The notes below the pieces were generated by a model. That model was given only the letters and a program-made list of their open reading frames with translations, was not told the origin of the DNA and did no database searches. A stretch of 32,000 nt of DNA, from positions 870,001 through 902,000 of the forward strand of contig NZ_CP013011.1 in the NCBI RefSeq assembly GCF_001412615.1, read 5' to 3'. Positions 24,655 through 32,000 of this stretch are shown in pieces. Made by a program: the position numbers and the translations under genes. Each line of letters opens with the position of its first letter. The first letter of the stretch is position 1. This DNA is from Pyrodictium delaneyi. GTDB lineage: Archaea > Thermoproteota > Thermoprotei_A > Sulfolobales > Pyrodictiaceae.

Positions 24655-26337
24655 GTGAAGGAGCAAACAAGGACGGATAACATCTTGGACACGATAGCTA
24701 TAGTGCTTAGTGGCTCCACGACTGATACCGTTAAGATGCAGCTCACAGTGGCGGGCGAGCGGGTAGCTCGCGAGGGCCTCCTAGTGCTCGTGGAGGCTCG
24801 CCGTGGCGAGGAGAAGGTGATAGCCCGGATAGAGAGGATAGTCCCTGTCAACGAGTTCTATCTGGAAGGCGACCTCTGGAGTGAGGCGCGGCGCCGCGGC
24901 CTAGAGCCTCCGCTTCTCGAGGAAGCGGCACGCCGTTACACCCTCGCTGAGGCTGCTGTTCTAGGCCGGGCCGGGCCCCGCGGCCTCGAAGAGCTGAGTG
25001 CACCACCGCTTCCCGGTGACCGCGTGAGGCTCCTGGGCCCTGGCGAGCTACGTGAGGCCCTAGGCCTCTCGGAGGACGAGCCCGGGATAGTCTGGTTTGG
25101 AGAGCTACTGGGCTACCAGGGGCTCGGGCTCCCTCTCGACGTGGAGAACATTACTATGCACGTAGGGGTGTTCGGAGAGACTGGCAGCGGGAAGAGCTAC
25201 GGCGTCGGCTACCTCCTCGAGCTCCTATCGCGCATCCCCCTAGGCGACGGGGCTTACGGCGCACTGCCAGCCATAGTTGTGGATGCTAACGGCGACTACC
25301 TGGACTACTACGAGGCCTACGCCTCCGGCAAGCAGGTGGGCGAGTACCGCCGGGTCTACCGGCTAGTCTTCCCTAGTAGTCCTGCCCGGTACCGGCCCTA
25401 CACCAAGCCCGTAACGATAGACCTGGACGGGTTCACAGCCCGCGAGATAGCAGAGTTCATCATAACCTACAAGGCTGGAGGTGTGGAGCTCAACGAGCTC
25501 CAGGTCTCGGGCCTGGAGCGGGTCCTCCGGGAGCTAGAGGCCATGGGCTATGGATTTACCGAGCTGCTCACGGAGAGGATAAGCCTCGTCTACGACATGC
25601 TCGACGAGCTTAGCCGAGGCCGCAGCGCCGCGATACACGCGCAGACCGCCCGGGCTATCCGCGCAGCGCTAGAGAAGTTCCACCGGGACATAGTGGAGGG
25701 CTACCGCGTCATATCCCGGAAGCCGGGCCTCGACACGGGCTTCATCGAGGAACTTACCCGGGAGCCGGGGCTAGCTATACTGGACTTCTCAGCGGAGGGC
25801 GCGCCAGGGGTACCACTCCCGGTCCGCCAGCTAGTAGTGGCGTACCTGGCCCGGCTCCTCTACAAGCAGTTCACCCTCTACAAGATAAGGGGCGAGGAGC
25901 GCTACCTGGTGCTGGTGCTCGAAGAGGCGCAGAACTACGCGCCGAACCCCCGGAGCTACCCGGTAGCCTGGAGCCTTGCAAGGGACTACCTCTCCCTGAT
26001 AGCGACGCAGGGCCGGAAGTTCGGCCTCAGCCTCGTCCTGGTGAGCCAGAGACCCATCTTCGTGGACCCCGTTGTACTCTCCATGCTCAACACGTGGATA
26101 ATATACAGGCTCCCCGTAGAGGACGTGGGCTACGTCTCGCGGGCTAGCGGCGGGCTTCCCAAGACGCTGGAGCGGAGGCTCACCAAGCTCCCACGCGGCG
26201 TAGCCGTAGTCACCGGGCAGATGAACGTGCTAGGCTTCCCAGTGCTGGTTAGAACCGGGAGGAGGAGCGTAGGCCACGCTATGGGCCGCACCCGGGTAGT
26301 CGAGACACTGCGCCGCCTCTACAGCACGGGAGGCTGA
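24655..26337 (+). CDS. herA: HerA-like (DUF87, FtsK/HerA superfamily) hexameric ATPase/translocase
   Basis: 560 aa. The N-terminal barrel-like segment is IAIVLSGSTTDTVKMQL...GLLVLVEARRGEEKVIARIERIV. Walker A is GETGSGKS (25174-25197) and Walker B is LVLVLEEA (25906-25929). GRKFGLSLVLVSQRP is also present. Confidence 0.85.
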   Translation: MKEQTRTDNILDTIAIVLSGSTTDTVKMQLTVAGERVAREGLLVLVEARRGEEKVIARIERIVPVNEFYLEGDLWSEARRRGLEPPLLEEAARRYTLAEAAVLGRAGPRGLEELSAPPLPGDRVRLLGPGELREALGLSEDEPGIVWFGELLGYQGLGLPLDVENITMHVGVFGETGSGKSYGVGYLLELLSRIPLGDGAYGALPAIVVDANGDYLDYYEAYASGKQVGEYRRVYRLVFPSSPARYRPYTKPVTIDLDGFTAREIAEFIITYKAGGVELNELQVSGLERVLRELEAMGYGFTELLTERISLVYDMLDELSRGRSAAIHAQTARAIRAALEKFHRDIVEGYRVISRKPGLDTGFIEELTREPGLAILDFSAEGAPGVPLPVRQLVVAYLARLLYKQFTLYKIRGEERYLVLVLEEAQNYAPNPRSYPVAWSLARDYLSLIATQGRKFGLSLVLVSQRPIFVDPVVLSMLNTWIIYRLPVEDVGYVSRASGGLPKTLERRLTKLPRGVAVVTGQMNVLGFPVLVRTGRRSVGHAMGRTRVVETLRRLYSTGG

Positions 26338-26349
26338 GGGCCGGGGGCC

Positions 26350-27531
26350 GTGGAGGAGGGCGATAAGCTGCCAGAACCGCTCGAGCGTAAAATGCGAGAG
26401 ATGCTAGACGTACAGCAGAGCGAGCCAGAGCTAGTAATGAGGATCATCGAGCAGGCGTCGAGGCGTCGGAGGCAGCGGGAGGCCCTATACAGCGTGCTCC
26501 GCCGGCTCGGCCCGCTAGTCTACGATGAGATGCAGAGGCGTGGACTGCTCCACCCTGTACCGCAGCCCCTCTCCGGCGAGACCAGCTACGGCGTCGACGG
26601 CTCCCGGCAGGTGGTTGGGGGCCGGCTCGGCCGCTACTACATCTTCCTCTCCACTACCCTGGTGACTCTGCCCCGGGGGCTGAGGAGTACTAGGATCAAC
26701 ATAGTTTTCCCGGGCGTGGACATAATAGAGGTCGTGGACCCCACGGGGGCTAGCATCGAAGCCGCCGCGGAGGCCGCTATGATGGTTCTGGAGACGCTGA
26801 CGCTCCGCAAGCTAGCAAATGTCGAGCCGGGGCTAGTCTTCATAGACGGGCCTATCGTGGACCCACCAGCCCGGCTCGACCCCAGCAACTCGGTGCAGGC
26901 AGTGAGGGAGCTCCTCAACGCGCCAGCCGAGGAGGCACTACGGATTGTAGAGGAGTACCACCGGCTACGGGCTAGGACTCTAGCAGAGCTTGTGGAGCAT
27001 GGACACACGGTGGTAGGGCTTGTTAAGAGAATCGGCCAGGTATCCATGCTCTCCTCACATCTAGCGAAGATAGGCATCAGTATTGACGGCTATATGGGTG
27101 ACGAGGACCTAGTGTTAGCCCTTACCGCTACCGCGAAGAGTAGAGGAAGTGGTGTGTTCTACACCGAGCCAATAGAGGCCACAAGTCTGCCTCAGGACGT
27201 CTACCGGGAGTACCGGGTCGCAGGGCTACGCGTCTATGCTAGCTACACGTTCTCCCGGTACACGCTCCGACCCTACCGCATCGAAGTAGCCGTGGACCAA
27301 GGTGCAGATCCAGGCGAGGTTATAAAGAGGGTAGTTGCGGCTGCTCACGGACTTACCGTGCCTGGCCAGAGCTACCCACTGCCGGTGGTGCTCGCGCACG
27401 AGAAGTCCAGGATACGCCGTGGGCTGGCCCAGCTAGTCTACCGGGAGGTGTTGACTCGCGCCTCGCTGCCCGAGGGCGACCCGCTAGCCGACACTTTGAA
27501 GGCCCTCCTGGTCAAGCTGGATGAGTCCTAG
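26350..27531 (+). CDS. nurA: NurA-like 5'-3' nuclease
   Basis: 393 aa, starting 12 nt after the HerA-like stop. The NurA catalytic pattern is present: YGVDGSRQ (Asp codon at 26596-26598), MMVLETL, VFIDGPIVDP and C-terminal PLPVVLAHEKS. Confidence 0.8.
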   Translation: MEEGDKLPEPLERKMREMLDVQQSEPELVMRIIEQASRRRRQREALYSVLRRLGPLVYDEMQRRGLLHPVPQPLSGETSYGVDGSRQVVGGRLGRYYIFLSTTLVTLPRGLRSTRINIVFPGVDIIEVVDPTGASIEAAAEAAMMVLETLTLRKLANVEPGLVFIDGPIVDPPARLDPSNSVQAVRELLNAPAEEALRIVEEYHRLRARTLAELVEHGHTVVGLVKRIGQVSMLSSHLAKIGISIDGYMGDEDLVLALTATAKSRGSGVFYTEPIEATSLPQDVYREYRVAGLRVYASYTFSRYTLRPYRIEVAVDQGADPGEVIKRVVAAAHGLTVPGQSYPLPVVLAHEKSRIRRGLAQLVYREVLTRASLPEGDPLADTLKALLVKLDES

Positions 27532-27557
27532 AAGCCGAGCGCGGGGCGCCGGGAGCG

Positions 27558-28142
27558 GTGCTAGGCAGGCTACGTGGCAGGGTTAGAGTCGTCCTGGAGG
27601 CCGCTGCTGCCCCACTAGCCGTGCTGCCAGCCGACTTCTACACCGTGCTCGGACTAGCCGGGGCTCTGGCCTACCTCTGGGCTGCCCACAGCGGGAACGT
27701 AGGGCTCGCAGCCCTGTTGCTCGCCGTAAGCGGTCTCCTCGACGCGCTCGACGGGGCTGTCGCCCGGCTTCGGGGAGAAGCTGGCCCCCGGGGAGCATAT
27801 CTCGATAGTCTCCTCGACAGGGTGGCCGACATAGCCTACGCGGCCGGGTTCCTCGCCCTCGGCTACCCGGTGTGGAGCGTACTAGTATTCCTCACAGGGG
27901 CGTTGCTGACCAGCTACGCCCGGGCACGCTATGAGTCCCTAGCAGGAAGAAGCATGGAGGGCATCGGCCTACTAGAGAGGAGCGACCGGCTAGCCGCCCA
28001 GCTCATAGTACTCCTAGTCCACGCGCGGCTGGGCCTCGAGGCCGCAGCCCGGCTTTACACCGTCCTAGCCGTGCTCGCATGGATCACCTTTGCTGAGAGG
28101 CTAGTAAGGGGTTACACTCAGCTCCCCCGTCGCCAGAGCTAA
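27558..28142 (+). CDS. CDP-alcohol phosphatidyltransferase family protein (archaetidylinositol-phosphate-synthase-like)
   Basis: 194 aa and polytopic. The family signature D-G-x2-A-R-x8-G-x3-D-x3-D is present as LDALDGAVARLRGEAGPRGAYLDSLLDRVAD. Confidence 0.85.
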   Translation: MLGRLRGRVRVVLEAAAAPLAVLPADFYTVLGLAGALAYLWAAHSGNVGLAALLLAVSGLLDALDGAVARLRGEAGPRGAYLDSLLDRVADIAYAAGFLALGYPVWSVLVFLTGALLTSYARARYESLAGRSMEGIGLLERSDRLAAQLIVLLVHARLGLEAAARLYTVLAVLAWITFAERLVRGYTQLPRRQS

Positions 28143-28310
28143 GTCATGCATTGCTTTGACGGGCCCCTATACGTGTATGGAGACTGGCTTGTAGAGAATA
28201 CTAAAGAATGCTGGAGCCGAAGTGGTGGCCCCGTGTAGCTGCTGCTGTGCAGTACCGCGTGCCCCTGGAGCCGCCGGGGAGGCTGTTGTCCCGTTTACGA
28301 TTCTGCAGGC

Positions 28311-30383
28311 TTGTATGTAAAGGGTGTCCTGGAGTTGAGGAGGGTAGGGATAGACATAGGTGGCACCTTCACCGACCTCGTGGCCTTCGACGACGAGACC
28401 GGCGAGCTGAAGAGCCTCAAGGTGTTGACGACGCCCCGTGAACCCTGGAAGGGCTTCATGGAGGCTCTACGCCAGCTTGGCTGGGAGCTAGACAGTGTTG
28501 AGGTTGTCATCCACGCGTCGACGCTAGGTACCAACCTCTTCCTAGGCCAGGTGGGGCTCGAGCCCCCGCCCGCCGTGCTGATAACTAACAAGGGGTTCCG
28601 CGACATACTGGAGATAGGGAGGCAAAACCGTCCAGAGCTATACAATCTCTTCTTCCAGCGGCCTCGGCCGCTCATCCCCCGGTCGCGGCGGCTTACAGTG
28701 GCAGGGAGGATTGGGCCCAGGGGCGAGGAACTAGAGCCCCTCGACGAGGACGCCGTCCGCCGGATAGCCCGGGAGTGGTGCAGCCGAACCAAGGTATTCG
28801 TAGTAGCATTCCTCCATAGCTATGCTAACCCGAGCCACGAGAAGCATGCCAAGCAGATCATCGAGGAAGAGTGTCCTGGCGCCCTAGTAGTGGCGAGCCA
28901 CGAAGTGGACCCACAGCCGAAGGAGTACGAGCGCACAAGTACCACGGTTGTGAACGCGTTGCTGAAGCCAGTGCTCTCCTCCTACCTCTCTAGGGTCGCC
29001 GGGGAGCTCCGCTCCGCGGGGTTCAAGGGGCGGCTGCTAGTCATGCAGAGTAGTGGTGGTGTAGCCGGCGTAGAGCAGGCCGTGGAGAGGCCCGCGGCCT
29101 TCATCGAGAGCGGGCCCGCTGCTGGCGCCGTGGCTGTGGCCTACTTCTCCCGGCTAATGGGCATAGAGTACGCTATAGGCTTCGACATGGGCGGCACCAC
29201 GGCTAAGGCTTCGTCCATAGTCGGCGGCGAGCCCCTCGTGGTCCCAGAGTACGAGGTAGGCGGCCGCGTCCACATGGGGAGACTGCTACGGGGCTCCGGG
29301 TACCCTGTCCGCTACCCCTACATAGACATAGCCGAGGTCAGCGCGGGCGGCGGCACCATAGCATGGGTCGACGCCGGCGGAGCGCTACGCGTGGGCCCGA
29401 TGAGTGCTGGCGCCGACCCGGGCCCCGCCTGCTATGGCCGTGGAGGCCGCGAGCCTACTGTGACTGATGCCCAGCTCGTGCTTGGCCGGCTGCCCGAGGA
29501 GCTGGCTGGTGGGAGGATAAGGCTGCGGAGAGACCTCGCAGAAGAGGCCATAGGGAGGCTAGCCGATAGGCTCGGCATGGAGACTGTCGAGGCCGCCGCC
29601 TCTATCATAAGGATAGCCAACACCGTTATGTCGAGGGCGCTGCGGCTCGTAACCATCGAGAGAGGATATGACCCCAGGTTCTTCGCCCTCTACGCGTATG
29701 GCGGCGCTGGACCCCTCCACGCCGTGGAGCTGGCAGACGAGCTGGGAGCAAAGGAGGTAGTGATTCCCCCGCTGCCCGGCGTGTTCTCGGCGCTGGGGCT
29801 ACTCGTCACGGATTACCGCCACGACTTCCACATGGCAGTAATGCGGAGAACGGACAAACTCGCCGAGGAGGAGCTCGAGAAGGTCTTCGCCGAGATGGCC
29901 GAGAAGGCACTAGCCATGCTACGCGGCGAGGGCGTGCCCGAGGACCGGGTACAGCTAGTCCGGAGGCTCGACATGAGGTACCAGGGCCAGGCCTACGAGC
30001 TGAGCATCCCCTACCGCGGGAGCCTAAGGGAGGCCGTGGAGGAGTTCCACCAGATGCACCGCGAGAGGTACGGGTTCAGCCTCCCCGACGCCCCAGTGGT
30101 GGTGGTTAACGCGAGGCTCACAGCCTACGGCATCGTGGCTAAGCCCCGGCTCCCCCGGGCAGAGCCCAAGCCGTATCGGCCAGAGCCTGCCGGCCGGAGA
30201 CGCGTCTACTTCGACGAAGCCGGGTGGACAGAGACCCCCATCTACAGGAGGGCCGGGTTACGCCCTGGCGCCGAGATCGAGGGCCCCGCCGTCATAGAGT
30301 CCGACGATAGCACTGTGCTTGTTCCTCCCGGCCACTATGCCCGCGTTGACGAGTTCTACACAATCCGCATAGAGAGGCTCTAG
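28311..30383 (+). CDS. hyuA: Hydantoinase/oxoprolinase A subunit (HyuA family)
   Basis: 690 aa with GIDIGGTFTDLV, SSGG, GFDMGGTTAK and AYGGAGPLHA. The in-frame TTG at 28335 (MRRVGIDIGG) is an alternative start. Confidence 0.95.
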   Translation: MYVKGVLELRRVGIDIGGTFTDLVAFDDETGELKSLKVLTTPREPWKGFMEALRQLGWELDSVEVVIHASTLGTNLFLGQVGLEPPPAVLITNKGFRDILEIGRQNRPELYNLFFQRPRPLIPRSRRLTVAGRIGPRGEELEPLDEDAVRRIAREWCSRTKVFVVAFLHSYANPSHEKHAKQIIEEECPGALVVASHEVDPQPKEYERTSTTVVNALLKPVLSSYLSRVAGELRSAGFKGRLLVMQSSGGVAGVEQAVERPAAFIESGPAAGAVAVAYFSRLMGIEYAIGFDMGGTTAKASSIVGGEPLVVPEYEVGGRVHMGRLLRGSGYPVRYPYIDIAEVSAGGGTIAWVDAGGALRVGPMSAGADPGPACYGRGGREPTVTDAQLVLGRLPEELAGGRIRLRRDLAEEAIGRLADRLGMETVEAAASIIRIANTVMSRALRLVTIERGYDPRFFALYAYGGAGPLHAVELADELGAKEVVIPPLPGVFSALGLLVTDYRHDFHMAVMRRTDKLAEEELEKVFAEMAEKALAMLRGEGVPEDRVQLVRRLDMRYQGQAYELSIPYRGSLREAVEEFHQMHRERYGFSLPDAPVVVVNARLTAYGIVAKPRLPRAEPKPYRPEPAGRRRVYFDEAGWTETPIYRRAGLRPGAEIEGPAVIESDDSTVLVPPGHYARVDEFYTIRIERL

Positions 30384-30395
30384 GAGGGAACAACC

Positions 30396-32000
30396 ATGCT
30401 GGACAAGATAACAGTCGAAGTGATAAGACACGCAGCCATCTTCACCGCAGAGGAGATGGGCATCGTCCTGCGGAACACCGCGTTCAGCCCAAACATAAGG
30501 GACCGTCTCGACTACTCCTGCGCAGTCCTGGCACCGAGCGGGGAGCTAGTAGCACAGGCCGAGCACATCCCAGTACACCTCGGCAGCATGCCCGTCGGAG
30601 TAAGGAACATGGTAGAGGCGCTGGAGAGAAACGGTGTCAGCTTGGGTCCCGGCGACGTCGCAGTCTCCAACGACCCATACATAACCGGGACACACCTCAA
30701 CGACGTTATGGTGCTTAAGCCCGTCTACGTGGACGGCGTGCTCGTAGCCTACGTGGCCAACAAGGCCCACCACGTAGACGTGGGCGGCCTCATACCCGGT
30801 GGCATCGGGGCGGGGGTGCGCAGCCTACGCGAGGAGGGCCTAGTGATACCCCCAGTGAAGATAGTCGAGAATGGCCGGCTACGAGAGGACATTGTGAGAC
30901 TCATCGAGTCCAACGTGAGGACGCCCAGGTATCTCCGCGGCGACCTGATGGCGCAGCTAGCCGCCCTCAACACTGGGGAGAAGAGGGTACAAGAGCTAGC
31001 TAGGCGCTATGGCGTTGAGACATTACTCGAGGCCTGGGAGGAGATACTAAGCTACACCGAGCGTTATACCCGGACCATCCTCCGCAGCCTAGCCAAGGAG
31101 AGAACCGGGGTCTACACTGCAGAGGACTACGTGGAGCTGGAGAGCGGCGAGCTGGCCAAGATACGGGTCCGGCTAGAGATAAGCCCTGAGCGCATAGTAG
31201 CTGACTTCACGGGGACCGCTAGGCAGGTCGAGGAGCCTCTCAACGCGGTCTACGGCGTAACCGTGGCCGCTACGACCTACGCGATAAAGGCCGTGATAGA
31301 CCCCGACATGCCGATGAACAGCGGGTTCTACAGGGTCGTCGAGATACGGGCGCCCCGGGGGACACTGGTCAATCCTGTGCCCCCTGCCCCAGTCGGCGGG
31401 GGCAACGTGGAGACATCACAGAGGATAGCAGACGTTGTCCTACGCGCCCTAGCTGAGGCGTTCCCTGGCCGCGTGCCCGCCGCGAGCTGCGGGACTATGA
31501 GCAACCTCCTCCTGGGCGGCAAGGGCTGGGCATTCTACGAGACCATAGGCTGCGGCTCTGGCGGCAGGCCATGCTGCGACGGCGTAGACGGCGTACACAC
31601 CAATATGACCAATACGCTGAACACCCCGATAGAGGTGGCTGAGGCAGAGTACCCGCTACTCTTCCGCGCCTACGAGCTACGGCCCGACAGCGGCGGTCCA
31701 GGGCGGAACCGGGGAGGCCTAGGCATAGTCCGGGCTGTCACAGTGCTCGAGGACGACGTCACCGTAACGGTGTACGCGGAGCGCCACCAGTTAAGACCAT
31801 GGGGGCTGGAGGGTGGAGGAGCTGGAGCACCATTCCGCAGCTACGTGATAAGGGCTGGCGGGGAGAAGGTAGAGCTACCTCCTAAGGCCACGCTGAGGCT
31901 AGGCCGCGGCGACACCGTCTACGTCGAGACGCCGGGGGGCGGCGGCTATGGGGATCCCTGCGAGAGGCCCCGGGAGCTAGTAGAACGCGACATAGAAGAC
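30396..32000 (+). CDS. hyuB: Hydantoinase/oxoprolinase B subunit (HyuB family), 3'-truncated by the window edge
   Basis: It is absent from the ORF track because no stop is reached. The ATG at 30396 lies 12 nt after the hyuA stop. Hand translation gives MLDKITVEVIRHAAIFTAEEMGIVLRNTAFSPNIRDRLDYSCAV...NDPYITGTHLND...TMSNLLLGGKGWAFYETIGCGSG. Spot-checked stretches (30396-30780, 31494-31560, 31970-32000) are open in this frame; I did not read every codon to 32000. Confidence 0.9.
   Translation, partial: MLDKITVEVIRHAAIFTAEEMGIVLRNTAFSPNIRDRLDYSCAVLAPSGELVAQAEHIPVHLGSMPVGVRNMVEALERNGVSLGPGDVAVSNDPYITGTHLNDVMVLKPVYVDGVLVAYVANKAHHVDVGGLIPGGIGAGVRSLREEGLVIPPVKIVENGRLREDIVRLIESNVRTPRYLRGDLMAQLAALNTGEKRVQELARRYGVETLLEAWEEILSYTERYTRTILRSLAKERTGVYTAEDYVELESGELAKIRVRLEISPERIVADFTGTARQVEEPLNAVYGVTVAATTYAIKAVIDPDMPMNSGFYRVVEIRAPRGTLVNPVPPAPVGGGNVETSQRIADVVLRALAEAFPGRVPAASCGTMSNLLLGGKGWAFYETIGCGSGGRPCCDGVDGVHTNMTNTLNTPIEVAEAEYPLLFRAYELRPDSGGPGRNRGGLGIVRAVTVLEDDVTVTVYAERHQLRPWGLEGGGAGAPFRSYVIRAGGEKVELPPKATLRLGRGDTVYVETPGGGGYGDPCERPRELVERDIED

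Noticed and set aside
24655-28142. The CDP-alcohol phosphatidyltransferase gene as a third component of the HerA-NurA module.
   Set aside because: It lies only 26 nt downstream and may be co-transcribed. However, it has the complete lipid-synthase signature and a housekeeping role is the default. Without cross-genome co-occurrence data I treat the linkage as coincidental.
28208-28441. 77-aa plus-strand ORF upstream of and overlapping the hyuA start.
   Set aside because: It is Arg/Pro-rich, overlaps the conserved GIDIGGTFTD N-terminus of HyuA in another frame, and has no motifs.
1-32000. Scan of the whole window for CRISPR arrays, tRNA or rRNA genes, IS elements, integrases and long direct repeats.
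   Set aside because: I found no regularly spaced repeats, no T-loop (GTTCRAATC-like) or rRNA signatures, and no transposase or integrase-like translations. This was a visual scan only, so short or diverged elements could have been missed.

Overview
Gene-dense, high-G+C archaeal chromosome segment with about 30 genes. Several traits point to a hyperthermophilic crenarchaeon (Thermoproteota, Desulfurococcales-like), but the species cannot be determined from sequence alone. These traits are codon habits (ATA Ile, AGG Arg, CTA/CTC Leu, many GTG/TTG starts, very frequent CTAG), Thr-rich stalks with C-terminal TM anchors on secreted proteins, TATA-like boxes 25-45 nt upstream of start codons, and gene content.

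Contents, left to right:
- class-V aminotransferase
- a small lower-G+C islet holding an AF2212-type antitoxin and a twice-frameshifted PIN toxin
- divergent OsmC/rubrerythrin pair
- CopA P-type ATPase plus YHS/TRASH metallochaperone
- DUF234-type archaeal ATPase preceded by a 43-bp palindrome
- bPH/DUF1648 membrane protein
- short YrdC/TsaC-type enzyme and a gamma-glutamylcyclotransferase-like protein
- BMP-family ABC importer operon that looks decayed (frameshifted binding protein, 1.4-kb poorly coding spacer)
- split LysO exporter interrupted by an opposite-strand cupin gene
- B3/B4-domain protein
- 858-aa surface-anchored PHP-domain protein
- PP-loop (PAPS-reductase-like) protein with an unknown 215-aa N-terminal extension
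- flavodiiron protein
- stand-alone HerA-like ATPase / NurA-like nuclease pair
- CDP-alcohol phosphatidyltransferase
- hydantoinase/oxoprolinase A and B (B runs off the window)

I recognised no rRNA, tRNA, CRISPR array, transposase or integrase.

The best candidate for an uncharacterised system is the orphan HerA-NurA module at 24655-27531. The palindrome-guarded DUF234 ATPase-nuclease is second.
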